DNA of 26,125 nt from a virus (lineage: Duplodnaviria > Caudoviricetes), in the IMG/VR virus record IMGVR_UViG_3300016659_000060, positions 1-26,125 of that record; one strand, given 5' to 3'. This document shows positions 15,626 through 24,473 of this stretch, one piece after another (position 1 is the stretch's first letter; each line of letters starts with the position of its first letter). The position numbers and the translations under genes are program-made. The notes beneath the pieces are model-generated. The model did not search any database. It was not told the origin of the DNA and was given only the letters and a program-made list of their open reading frames with translations.

Positions 15626-17767
15626 TTAAGCGATTAATCTTCCTGTTTCAATCCATACACCGTCTACCAACGTAAGTTGTAAGTAGTCAGTTGCATCCAA
15701 TAATGTCGCTGCACTAGCCACATTGATATTACCCGTATCAGAGAAAGTCACATCTACAGAAGCGGTATCAGTACCGAATATCTTGATTGTTTTACCTTCT
15801 ACACCGTTTTGAATACCTGTGATAGCTTTAGTAGCAGCACCGTTGTAACGGAAAGTACTTCCTAAGTTTGCATCAACTGTAGCCGTATCAAAGTTCACGT
15901 CTGAAACTACAGTACTTTCAGGGGCAGCTGTACGAGCCAGTTCTTTCACAGTTCCGTCAGCGTTTACATACAATGTCAACGTTCCACCTGATTTCAAGTT
16001 AAAAGCAACGTTTCCAGCCAAATCTACTTTGGCACCATCAACCACGTTTTTAACGGCGGCCAATTGGGTATCCCCTTTAATCTTGATGATCGTTCCTGGA
16101 GTAGTGTTGGTAAACTCTGTAATGTCTGTAGCCCAATCTTTGGTCACATACAAGTTTTTGAAGTTTACTTTTACTTTTCCTGTAGCATCGTCATTCACTG
16201 GCACGAAGAAATCTTTAGGGAATACTGGAGCAGTATTACTCCATACAGTTTGTACAGAAAACTCTAACGGGTCTCCTTCTACTACTGGGTTACCAATATG
16301 AAGGAAACGAACCCCCATTTTGTAATCAGCCCAGATGTAAATCATACGTTTCAAGTACTCAAAATGATACATTGATTTTTCTGCAGGAATGTTTTCTAAT
16401 ACTTCGATGTTGTCATCAAAAGTCATAAACATAAAGTCAGAACCTTCCATATCTACCAACACTTCAAACTTGATGTTGTTGTAGTCTTTTGGATTCGTAG
16501 GATAGCCTGTGTAATCATTGTTCCCACCGAATAAAGTTTCGCTTCTACGTTTGTAGGCTTTCAACCAAAAATCAGAAAGATACAATACCAATCCTTGTTG
16601 TGTACGCACATCATAAGGCAATTGCTTGATGAAGTTGTCTACATAGTCTACGATGTTCGTAGGAGTAGGCATACCTAAGTCAAACGGACGATATTTTTTA
16701 GTCACGTCACGCGCTTGCTGTGCTAAGTACAACAATCCATTTTGGCGATTGATAAATCTACCCGGAGTTGTAGCATTTTCTGGAGTTTCTACATACACCC
16801 CTTTGATTGTAGCAATTCTATCCTCTTGTCTTGCTTTCTTGTCTATTTCAGAAACTAAGAAGCGAACGAATGACGTTTTGTAAGGTTGAGAACCTTCTTT
16901 GTTCATCATATTCAACCAGCTTGCTTCAATCTTTTGCAAGAAGTAACCCACGTACTCGATATCAATTTGAATTGGGAAAATTTGTCCTTCTTCTGGTTTG
17001 ATAATCTGACGGTTTTTTGGTAACCAAGGTAACTTTCTCGCTTGCGAAATTTCGGCAGTGGCGATAGTCGCATCGGCTACTTTATCATCTACCTTAGTTC
17101 TTTTGTTCCAAAAAGAAGGTAACCCAAAGTTATCACGATGCAATGATTTTAACTCCTCAGGATTTTCTCTAAAGTATAAATCTAAGTCGTTGTTTAGTTT
17201 TTGTACCGTAGGTTGGTCTGTGAAATTGGTTGCTGCAGTAGTTAATCCAGCGGCTCTAGCATTCCAGTTTCTTTCTTCAAAAGCGTCATAGGCTTTTGTA
17301 GAGCCAAAAAGGTGAGAGGCAGAATGAGTAATCTTTTTGCCATTCCCTTGAATAATTGCAGAAGGTACGTCCCCTTCAGGGTCTGCAATTAATTTTTGAA
17401 TCTGTGCTGCTTGTTCGTTGTTTTTCTTGGCAATTGCTTGCACTAGCGCAACGGTTTCAGGAGCTCCATTACCATCTTTGGCAACGTTTTTCAATTCTTC
17501 TTCTGTCAACGCTGATAATCTTACCATAGCATCAACTTCATCCTTAATAGCTTTAAGGTTCAAGTTTTCTTGTGCCATGTTTTTGATTTCAGAATTGATT
17601 CCATTTATAGCCTCACCGGCTAAATCTTCTCCCAAAGCATCTACGATTTTTTGGCGTTGCTCTGCGCTAAGGTTTAGCGTTTGCGCTTCTCCATCAATCG
17701 GGATGTCTTTAGTTCCTAACAGTGCCGAGAATAACGCAACTGTTTTGGCCATAATTTTCCATTTCAT
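15626..17767 (-). CDS. Major capsid protein with N-terminal scaffold-like region and C-terminal extension
   Basis: Follows the S49 protease; coiled N-terminus, central capsid-like region (...FEYLKRMIYIWADYKMGVRF), ~190-aa beta-rich tail. Confidence 0.72.
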   Translation of the reverse strand: MKWKIMAKTVALFSALLGTKDIPIDGEAQTLNLSAEQRQKIVDALGEDLAGEAINGINSEIKNMAQENLNLKAIKDEVDAMVRLSALTEEELKNVAKDGNGAPETVALVQAIAKKNNEQAAQIQKLIADPEGDVPSAIIQGNGKKITHSASHLFGSTKAYDAFEERNWNARAAGLTTAATNFTDQPTVQKLNNDLDLYFRENPEELKSLHRDNFGLPSFWNKRTKVDDKVADATIATAEISQARKLPWLPKNRQIIKPEEGQIFPIQIDIEYVGYFLQKIEASWLNMMNKEGSQPYKTSFVRFLVSEIDKKARQEDRIATIKGVYVETPENATTPGRFINRQNGLLYLAQQARDVTKKYRPFDLGMPTPTNIVDYVDNFIKQLPYDVRTQQGLVLYLSDFWLKAYKRRSETLFGGNNDYTGYPTNPKDYNNIKFEVLVDMEGSDFMFMTFDDNIEVLENIPAEKSMYHFEYLKRMIYIWADYKMGVRFLHIGNPVVEGDPLEFSVQTVWSNTAPVFPKDFFVPVNDDATGKVKVNFKNLYVTKDWATDITEFTNTTPGTIIKIKGDTQLAAVKNVVDGAKVDLAGNVAFNLKSGGTLTLYVNADGTVKELARTAAPESTVVSDVNFDTATVDANLGSTFRYNGAATKAITGIQNGVEGKTIKIFGTDTASVDVTFSDTGNINVASAATLLDATDYLQLTLVDGVWIETGRLIA

Positions 17768-17797
17768 AGGATTTTCTGTTTTAGGGTTAAAAATTAA

Positions 17798-18670
17798 TTA
17801 CTTATAGTGGTTCAGTTCACTCATTATATGAAGCCTTTGGATAGCTTGGTCCATAGAACCTATGGCATCAATCATTCCGTATTCTAAGGCTTTTTCTGCA
17901 TTAAAGGTTTTGCCAGTCAAAACACCAACTTCTTCCTTCAAGTTAGGACAAGCGGCACGCACCGCTTCTTGAAACTTGATAGCAATAGGCGAGAGGTGCT
18001 CTTCTTTAATCATATCATACTTTCCATCCATAGCCAAACGAAACGCTTCGTTTTTATGCTCGCTTTCCTTTGGATATATTTCGTGGAATACATAGCCTAA
18101 ATTCTCCAAGTACTTACGATTGTCCGCAAATGAAGAAACAACACCAACACTTCCAAACTGTGCCGAAACGTTATTGTCAGTCATTTTATAATCGGTAGCT
18201 GCGCACAACGCCCAATAGTGTAAAGAACACGCTTGGTCTGCCAAACCAACTACTGGTTTTTTCTTTTTGGCTCCAAAATCCATAAAAGGACCAATAGCCG
18301 AAACCGCTCCCCCTGGACCATCAACATTCAATACAGAACCAATAATGTTTGGGTTCGCATCCGCAAGATGTAAAGCATTTACAATTTCGTCTGCACCATA
18401 CGTGCAAAAATCGCCGTACTTGATAACGGGTCCAATCATATCAATAACCGCCACAGAACCTCTAGGAACAACCATTCCGTTATCCTTGTCCGCTAACACC
18501 TTTTTGCCGTTATCGTCCAAAATGGTCACTATTGCGCTAGTCTTATTGCCTATATTCAAGCTTTCGCCTGTAATAATTTTATGCACTATAGGAGCGTAGG
18601 CAGTCAAGCCTTCAAACGACATAAGCCATTCGGAGCGCATAATATCCATTAAGAGTTTGTTTACATGCAT
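17798..18670 (-). CDS. S49 (SppA/ClpP-fold) prohead protease
   Basis: LNVDGPGG, ACSLHYW (catalytic Ser region), FGSVGV, SEHKN, GKTF.AEKALEYGMID. Confidence 0.9.
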   Translation of the reverse strand: MHVNKLLMDIMRSEWLMSFEGLTAYAPIVHKIITGESLNIGNKTSAIVTILDDNGKKVLADKDNGMVVPRGSVAVIDMIGPVIKYGDFCTYGADEIVNALHLADANPNIIGSVLNVDGPGGAVSAIGPFMDFGAKKKKPVVGLADQACSLHYWALCAATDYKMTDNNVSAQFGSVGVVSSFADNRKYLENLGYVFHEIYPKESEHKNEAFRLAMDGKYDMIKEEHLSPIAIKFQEAVRAACPNLKEEVGVLTGKTFNAEKALEYGMIDAIGSMDQAIQRLHIMSELNHYK

Positions 18671-18684
18671 GATCTAATTTTTTA

Positions 18685-18723
18685 CGAAGATGATTTTATT
18701 TCTTAAAATAGGCTGTGACGTTA
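18685..18723 (-). promoter_or_regulatory. Putative late promoter, copy 3 (overlapping the 3' end of the spanin gene): TAACGTCAC-N22-CATCTTCG
   Basis: Same 22-nt spacer; the -7-like box ends 14 nt before the protease ATG. Confidence 0.55.
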
Positions 18724-19280
18724 GAAATCCACTTAAAGCGATACTTTAAGTAAATCACAACCAACACAGCAATTGCAATAAGTAGCAACCAAATCCAAAC
18801 CGAAAATGAAATCCTTGACCTGTCTACAACCTTATCCAATTCTTTGGTTTTTTCCTTTTCCTTAGCCTTAATTTGGCTTTTGGATGTAGTGGCTTTTTGG
18901 TGGAATTCTTCGGATTTTTTGGAATTCCTTTGTTTCTCCTGAGCCTGATGCGTAGTCGTTTCTTCTGTGTAAGAAGCGTTATCTAGTTCTACACGTTTAC
19001 CTTGACTGTCTACCGCTACCGCCTTTTTATCAGGCAGAATAGGAGTGTAGGTCTTTTTTACCGTAACCGTTTGCGAAGCTGCATCCTTAGTTTCGGTAAC
19101 TTTTATGCTCACATTTTGACTGGAATTATCGGAATTGTCGGAAACCACAAGCAATTCCTTTTCCTGAAGCTTCGTCTGCTCTTGTACTTTCTTTTGGGTA
19201 GTTCCGCAACTGTTGATTGCTATTGCAATGGTCAATACGGTAATCCAAGACAAAAGGGCTTTTAGTGTTTCTTTTTTCAT
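18696..19280 (-). CDS. Putative unimolecular spanin
   Basis: N-terminal signal with lipobox-like INSC, Ser/Thr/Lys-rich periplasmic region, C-terminal TM helix (VWIWLLLIAIAVLVVIYL); directly after the endolysin. Confidence 0.7.
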   Translation of the reverse strand: MKKETLKALLSWITVLTIAIAINSCGTTQKKVQEQTKLQEKELLVVSDNSDNSSQNVSIKVTETKDAASQTVTVKKTYTPILPDKKAVAVDSQGKRVELDNASYTEETTTHQAQEKQRNSKKSEEFHQKATTSKSQIKAKEKEKTKELDKVVDRSRISFSVWIWLLLIAIAVLVVIYLKYRFKWISNVTAYFKK

Positions 19281-19804
19281 CGGTTTCTAGGTAATTTCAA
19301 TTTGTGATACATCGGATTTTCTTTCAGCATCAAATCCTCATATTCTTTGTACGCATCGAATGAAGGACATTCCTTGATTCGTTCCCAGGATTCAATTGCA
19401 CCGTTTTTGTTTTTATCATTCGAAAAATGATAATGACCCACAATCATCACGTTTTGCAAATCATTCCCGTTTTCGTGTAACCAATTCATCATTGATAGAA
19501 TCTCTTGCAGTAGTGCATTCTTTTGTGCTTGTGTTCTCGTGTCAGCAGCTTTTTTTACATTTTCGTGCAAAACACCACCTCGATAACAAACGTGCATACT
19601 TTGAGAGTTAAAACCTTTAACGCCATTGGTAGGCGTATTGTAGTCCGCAAGTTTGTGAGCAGTTCCGTCATAATCTATCCAAGTGTTATAGCCTGGAGAG
19701 TTCCAACCTAAAGTATTCTTCCAAAAGGCTTGCATACTCTCTAACGTTCCGTGTCCTGCTTGGCAGTGCACCACGATATACCGAATGTTCTTTGCTCTAT
19801 TCAT
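19277..19804 (-). CDS. Endolysin, N-acetylmuramoyl-L-alanine amidase (T7 lysozyme-like)
   Basis: YIVVHC, GWNSPGY, NGVKGFN, CYRGG, DTRT.AQK, VGHYHF, KECPSF zinc-ligand pattern. Confidence 0.92.
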   Translation of the reverse strand: MNRAKNIRYIVVHCQAGHGTLESMQAFWKNTLGWNSPGYNTWIDYDGTAHKLADYNTPTNGVKGFNSQSMHVCYRGGVLHENVKKAADTRTQAQKNALLQEILSMMNWLHENGNDLQNVMIVGHYHFSNDKNKNGAIESWERIKECPSFDAYKEYEDLMLKENPMYHKLKLPRNR

Positions 19805-20225
19805 TGTCTACACTTTTTAAGTCTTTTTTAAACTCAGCGGCCTTAGCAATCATTTCTTTCAGTATAACCCAAATCGATTTATTGCCCAGTCCTACACTGG
19901 TTTCATCAATAGATTTTATCTCAACATATATCCATACCAAAGCCATTGATTTTGAAACTAAACAATCCACACCAAACAACTTTGATTGAAATACATAGGT
20001 GTCAACAAGAAAAGCTAAAATGATAGAAGCGAGATAAAAAAAACTTTTTACAACGAGGTTAAACAGCTTGGTACTCCTAAAAGATTTCCAACCTTTTCTC
20101 TTTACTGTAGAATAAATACCAAAACAGGTATCTAAAAAAATAAAGAGAATCATAAGCAATAGTAATCCCTGTATAGGAATTAGAAATGTCGCGATAGAAG
20201 CCAGTATGAGAAGTAGTGTTTTCAT
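19797..20225 (-). CDS. Phage holin family protein
   Basis: Several TM segments, LDTCFGI, EIKSIDE, charged C-terminus; overlaps the endolysin start. Confidence 0.82.
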   Translation of the reverse strand: MKTLLLILASIATFLIPIQGLLLLMILFIFLDTCFGIYSTVKRKGWKSFRSTKLFNLVVKSFFYLASIILAFLVDTYVFQSKLFGVDCLVSKSMALVWIYVEIKSIDETSVGLGNKSIWVILKEMIAKAAEFKKDLKSVDNE

Positions 20226-20247
20226 AGTTATAAGTTGTGATTTATAA

Positions 20248-20287
20248 CAAATGTATTCCCTTACTAAAAAAAGTACTGTGACATAAA
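20248..20287 (-). promoter_or_regulatory. Putative late promoter, copy 4: TTTATGTCAC-N22-TACATTTG
   Basis: Perfect TAnnTTTG element with the same upstream box and spacer, upstream of the holin. Confidence 0.75.
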
Positions 20288-20315
20288 AAAGCCGTGTCTA
20301 TTACAGCACGGCTTT
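20285..20315 (-). terminator. Intrinsic terminator
   Basis: AAAGCCGTG-N10-CACGGCTTT with a U-tract on minus, overlapping the stop at 20301. Confidence 0.7.
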
Positions 20316-20861
20316 ATTCATAACATTATTTGGTTTTCCTATTTGGAACCGGTGCGCCAATTGGTTCTGTTTACGCTCTCGATAATATAACCTCCTGAGT
20401 GTGTCCGTACTAAATCCAAATTCAAGCAAATCATACTTATCGATAAACTTATCAATAGCAGCTACTACAGAAGCTTCTCCATTACTTTCTACATATCCAT
20501 TCATATAAGATACGAAGGACATTCTAAACATATCTTCCAATAGATCATTAATGTCATTATTAGCTTCCTCTGGAAGTTTTAGAAAAGAATTATATCCTTT
20601 CTCAAACTTGTAGAATTCCCCTTTGTATCGATTACTACTCGCTCCATCAGCGACCGTAAGAAACAAATTGAAATGACAAACGTTAAGAGGCGTGCCACTT
20701 TTGACCATCAATAAACGTATGATGCGGCCAACAGTAGAAGCGGTTCCAGAAAACAAAACCGACTTTACTTTCTTATTGCCATAAGAAGCCTCTTTGCCAT
20801 CGCTTTCCTTAAAAAAGAACGGCACCAAATGCGGACGAATTACCAAAGGAACTATTGACAT
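20301..20861 (-). CDS. Conserved phage hypothetical protein, possible DNA-binding regulator
   Basis: Likely start MSIVPLVIRPH at 20861; C-terminal AIDKFIDKYDL...DTLRRLYYRER helix pattern; flanked by terminator-like hairpins. Confidence 0.65.
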   Translation of the reverse strand: MSIVPLVIRPHLVPFFFKESDGKEASYGNKKVKSVLFSGTASTVGRIIRLLMVKSGTPLNVCHFNLFLTVADGASSNRYKGEFYKFEKGYNSFLKLPEEANNDINDLLEDMFRMSFVSYMNGYVESNGEASVVAAIDKFIDKYDLLEFGFSTDTLRRLYYRERKQNQLAHRFQIGKPNNVMNKAVL

Positions 20862-20905
20862 ATTTTTTGCTATACATTTATTGCATCCAAACAATGCTCT
20901 TTTGT

Positions 20906-20935
20906 TAAAATAAAAACAAGGGCTTTCCCTGTTTT
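20906..20935 (-). terminator. Possible terminator of the tail-fibre module
   Basis: AAAACA-A-GGG-CTTT-CCC-TGTTTT imperfect stem followed by a T-rich run on minus. Confidence 0.4.
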
Positions 20936-20983
20936 GGTTAAAGTTTTTCTTTGGATATTATGGTTTTAAACACTTCCATTTTT

Positions 20984-21157
20984 TTATCTTGCTTTTTCAG
21001 TATCGGATTCCGGATTTTCATCCGCAATTTCTTTATCCTGCCTTTCTTGCGCTTCTTTATTTAAAAAGAATTGCATTAGAGGTGTTCCTTGATTTACGGT
21101 TAAATTATTACCGATATAATCTTTCAATTGTGCGACTTCTTGTTCCGTTAAATGCAT
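20984..21157 (-). CDS. Small 57-aa protein missed by the ORF track (possible fibre chaperone)
   Basis: Manual translation MHLTEQEVAQLKDYIGNNLTVNQGTPLMQFFLNKEAQERQDKEIADENPESDTEKAR*; starts 4 nt after the upstream stop. Confidence 0.7.
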   Translation of the reverse strand: MHLTEQEVAQLKDYIGNNLTVNQGTPLMQFFLNKEAQERQDKEIADENPESDTEKAR

Positions 21158-21161
21158 ATTA

Positions 21162-21416
21162 TTATTTTTTAGTTATACTTAATTCTGTTAATACAATATT
21201 CTCAATATACTCCATTGAGTCGCCCCACTCATCTACTTGTTCGGCACTAAGAGTGATATTCCCATCCATTAGCGGACTGCCTTCTTCTGTTAGCAATTGC
21301 CAGTATATCATACCAGTTGCGTTGGCTATTCCCTCTGTCATTGTTCTAACGAAAATTTGTGTTCCCTCTCCTTTTAAAGGTATTACTACGGGGTTGATTT
21401 GAATGTTTGTGTTCAT
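21162..21416 (-). CDS. Small tail-fibre-associated protein
   Basis: 84 aa directly downstream of the fibre gene; YWQL...GNITL...EWG pattern. Confidence 0.65.
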   Translation of the reverse strand: MNTNIQINPVVIPLKGEGTQIFVRTMTEGIANATGMIYWQLLTEEGSPLMDGNITLSAEQVDEWGDSMEYIENIVLTELSITKK

Positions 21417-21444
21417 TTTTATTTTGGGTTTTTGAAATTAATAA

Positions 21445-23853
21445 TTAATTAGTATAATACGCAAAAGAAGAAGCAAAAGAATGATTTTGACTAGCTGATA
21501 ATCCTGAAGGTATGACTACATTCATTTGAGTATTTGGAGTTGTCTTCTCATGTTTTACGTATGCGTTGAAAATTTGATTAGTTGAGTTTTGAAAAATAGC
21601 AGGCGAAACCAACTCGGTTGAACTTGAAAATCTAGGGAAACCGCTAGGTAAATCAAAAGTAAATGCGCCACTTGAGCCAGATGCGTTACAAGTACCATTT
21701 AAATGACACGTTACTATTCTCCCAACTTTAATAAATTTAATAGTATAAAATGCGTCGTTAAAGCCTACTAAATTAATACCGTTTGAAGTATAAGTTCCGC
21801 TTACTCCAGCCACCGCATCCAACTGACTCTTAACAACAACTTGATTAGGTGATACTGCTGGGGAGGCTGTGATGTTGCCGTTGACTTGAATTACCCCATC
21901 GCCTGCATCGTTTGTTTTGCCGAATAGGGTGTTGCCTCCGTTAATAGCTAATGAATTAGTAAAGTTAATGTAACCAGTTGATGGATCATTAGATGTAATT
22001 CCTATTTCTGCATATCCTCCAGATGTATTAGAAGCTCTTAATGCACTACCACTTGCGTTTCTTGAGTCAAATTGTGTTGATGGACTTGTTGTTCCTATAC
22101 CTACATTTATACCATCATCATAAATTGAACTATTCCCTAAACTATTAGCTCCTGTAGCTTTAGGTATATAATTTGTTGCTAGTGTTCCAGTGATTGGATC
22201 AACAAGATTTCCTGTGTCAAGTAGTTTTACCCAAGGTTGCCAAATCCCATAGGATTTAGTTCTTATATAAGTTTCAGTAGTAAATGGTCCTCCAAATCCT
22301 GTAGCTGTTTGGACTACCCAATAATCATTATTAGCATGTCTTTGTACACTGTAATGAAACCAACCATTTATAGGAGCATTAATTAATTCAGCTCCATCAT
22401 AAAAACCTGCCTCTGTTAAATCATTTAAGTCTCCAGTGTAGTTTATTGCTTTACCATAAGTTAGTCCCTGTGATGTTACACTTGAAGAAAATTTAGCACT
22501 TCCATTAACCTGCAACTTATCTATTCCGTTATCTACTACAGTACCAACTAGAACATTTGTACCATTATCATAAATTGAACTATTTTCAATCGTTTCGCTT
22601 GATGTAAATTTAGGCACATAATTAGTAGTACCACTACCCGAAACTTTCAGAGCTAACCCATCAAAAACAGCATTTCCGCTTACTGCGTTTGTCGAACCGT
22701 TTATTATGGTTTGGTCGACTGTTGGTACTGTTGGAAAAGTCCCTAAAGTCTTATCCCCTTTAATATACTGTAAGGCTGTACCTGTGGGGATTATTGGCTC
22801 TTTACCGTTTAATGCGGTTTGTGTAGCTGTACTTATAGGCTTATTCAAATCCGAAGTATTATCCACATTTGAAAGTCCTACATCAGATTTATTTAAATCA
22901 ATGTTTCCTGCACCAACTATAGATTGATTTTCTATTGTTTTGAACGTTGGGAAATCTGTAATTTGACTAACCGTATGTGTGTGTGCAGATGGAGGGAAAG
23001 TGCTAGGTTTCCCTTGTAATTCGCTCCAAGTACCAATTCCTTTTGAACCAATAAGCATGTGATGCGCATAAGGCGCATACGTAATATCAAACGAAAACTC
23101 AATCGTTTCATTCGGAGCCAAAACATAATCCTGACCGTTTGCAAAAACAAAATCCACCCCAAAACCGCTAACAGAATGACCAATTGTAACTGGTGTAGCT
23201 TGCGCATTGAATAAAGTAATTCGCTTTCCATTATAAGGTACTGAAGCATAGGAAATAGTATTCAATCGTGTTATTGAACCTTTAAAAACTATTGTAGCCT
23301 TTTCGTCTACTAAATCTAATTGATTGATTACGCCTGAGCCAGTAAGCACTACATTGGCGCGTTCGGATTTTTCTATAAAATTTGTAATAGGCGTAGGAGT
23401 AGGTTGTCCTACAACCATACCAAACACAACAACTCCAGCCAAACGAATAGTACCTTCTGGCGTATTAGGTTCTATTGCAGTAGTAGCACTAGGATTTCCT
23501 TGTACTACTTGGTAGGTTCCTGTGCTAGTACCCACAATAATATCCGCACGATAAAAACCATCTGCGGCTGCTGTAAGATTTACACCGTAAGAAGGAGGAT
23601 TCAAAAAGGATTGTTGGTTGATTCGCCAAGCAAAAGCATTTGCTGCAATATTGACGGCTAATCCTGTTATAGAAATAGTACCAGTTTTTAGAACAGCATC
23701 AGGCAAAAAACCTTCAGCTAATTCGTTTATACTATCACGAATTTGGTTGATTTCCTCGGCAGATAAATAACTTTTTTCGCCAAACTGCTGTAAATAAGCC
23801 AGTAGTTCAGGGCTATTTTCTTTATCTTGAAAAGTTATAGGTAAATTGCTCAT
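21445..23853 (-). CDS. Tail fibre / receptor-binding-like protein (mosaic; pyocin-knob-like domain)
   Basis: WSELQGKPSTFPPSAHTH, KSDVGLSNVDNTSD, DLNDLTEAGFY...WQPWVKL, and two NY.PK....NSSIYD.G.NV repeats. Confidence 0.8.
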   Translation of the reverse strand: MSNLPITFQDKENSPELLAYLQQFGEKSYLSAEEINQIRDSINELAEGFLPDAVLKTGTISITGLAVNIAANAFAWRINQQSFLNPPSYGVNLTAAADGFYRADIIVGTSTGTYQVVQGNPSATTAIEPNTPEGTIRLAGVVVFGMVVGQPTPTPITNFIEKSERANVVLTGSGVINQLDLVDEKATIVFKGSITRLNTISYASVPYNGKRITLFNAQATPVTIGHSVSGFGVDFVFANGQDYVLAPNETIEFSFDITYAPYAHHMLIGSKGIGTWSELQGKPSTFPPSAHTHTVSQITDFPTFKTIENQSIVGAGNIDLNKSDVGLSNVDNTSDLNKPISTATQTALNGKEPIIPTGTALQYIKGDKTLGTFPTVPTVDQTIINGSTNAVSGNAVFDGLALKVSGSGTTNYVPKFTSSETIENSSIYDNGTNVLVGTVVDNGIDKLQVNGSAKFSSSVTSQGLTYGKAINYTGDLNDLTEAGFYDGAELINAPINGWFHYSVQRHANNDYWVVQTATGFGGPFTTETYIRTKSYGIWQPWVKLLDTGNLVDPITGTLATNYIPKATGANSLGNSSIYDDGINVGIGTTSPSTQFDSRNASGSALRASNTSGGYAEIGITSNDPSTGYINFTNSLAINGGNTLFGKTNDAGDGVIQVNGNITASPAVSPNQVVVKSQLDAVAGVSGTYTSNGINLVGFNDAFYTIKFIKVGRIVTCHLNGTCNASGSSGAFTFDLPSGFPRFSSSTELVSPAIFQNSTNQIFNAYVKHEKTTPNTQMNVVIPSGLSASQNHSFASSFAYYTN

Positions 23854-24347
23854 TATTCTAATGTTAAAGGAATGAAACTTGGTAATTGATACGCACTAGA
23901 GTTAGCCACAAATCCAGAAGGCGTAATAGAAACCGTCTCGATGCTTACCGATCCTTTTTGAAGGTTCGCTTCAATCTTGATTTTTGGGCGTGCGTTTTGC
24001 TTATAGTCGTTGCGGCCAATGACGATATCTCGTCCATCGGACAATTTTAGTTTTACAAACTTGATCCTGGATAACAATGCCAATCGCTCGGAACGATTTC
24101 CATCGGCATTGGGAAAAGAGAAAACTACTTTTTGTTTGTAGAGCGTTCCTGCAGATAATTCCTCTGAGGATTCTTCAAAAGCAACACTGGCTAAGCCTAC
24201 GTATATTTTGCTAAAATCCGTTTGGACCATAGCCGAATTATAGAATTGTTGCCAATCCGGAATAGACGCAGCTGTAAGTTGACCATTGAATGCCAACTCC
24301 ACACCGCAGATACGTACGTTAACTTTTGCTCTATCAAGTAGTTCCAT
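23853..24347 (-). CDS. Conserved phage hypothetical (probable virion) protein
   Basis: 164 aa, TAATG-coupled to the fibre gene; beta-rich. Confidence 0.7.
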   Translation of the reverse strand: MELLDRAKVNVRICGVELAFNGQLTAASIPDWQQFYNSAMVQTDFSKIYVGLASVAFEESSEELSAGTLYKQKVVFSFPNADGNRSERLALLSRIKFVKLKLSDGRDIVIGRNDYKQNARPKIKIEANLQKGSVSIETVSITPSGFVANSSAYQLPSFIPLTLE

Positions 24348-24364
24348 AAAATATTTGGTTTCTA

Positions 24365-24419
24365 CGAAGATAGTAAAAAATCAACTAATAGTTTATTTTT
24401 TACTTACAAAATCAACTAA
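24365..24419 (-). promoter_or_regulatory. -7-like element TATCTTCG with upstream direct repeat AAAATCAACTAA x2
   Basis: Repeats at 24377-24388 and 24408-24419; -7-like box 17 nt upstream of ATG 24347. Confidence 0.45.
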
Positions 24420-24473
24420 AAAGATAATAAATTCAACCTGTAGTTTAGTTCTAGTTTTTTCAAAAACTCGAAA

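Noticed and set aside
1096-23661. Many 60-140 aa ORFs antisense to or nested in long genes (e.g. 15280-15675, 17418-17807, 20989-21402, 4116-4415)
   Set aside because: They are shadows of well-supported genes, mostly with non-ATG starts and no recognisable motifs.
21445-23853. Diversity-generating retroelement acting on the fibre gene
   Set aside because: No reverse transcriptase in the window and no ~100-bp template/variable repeat pair differing at adenines was noticed.
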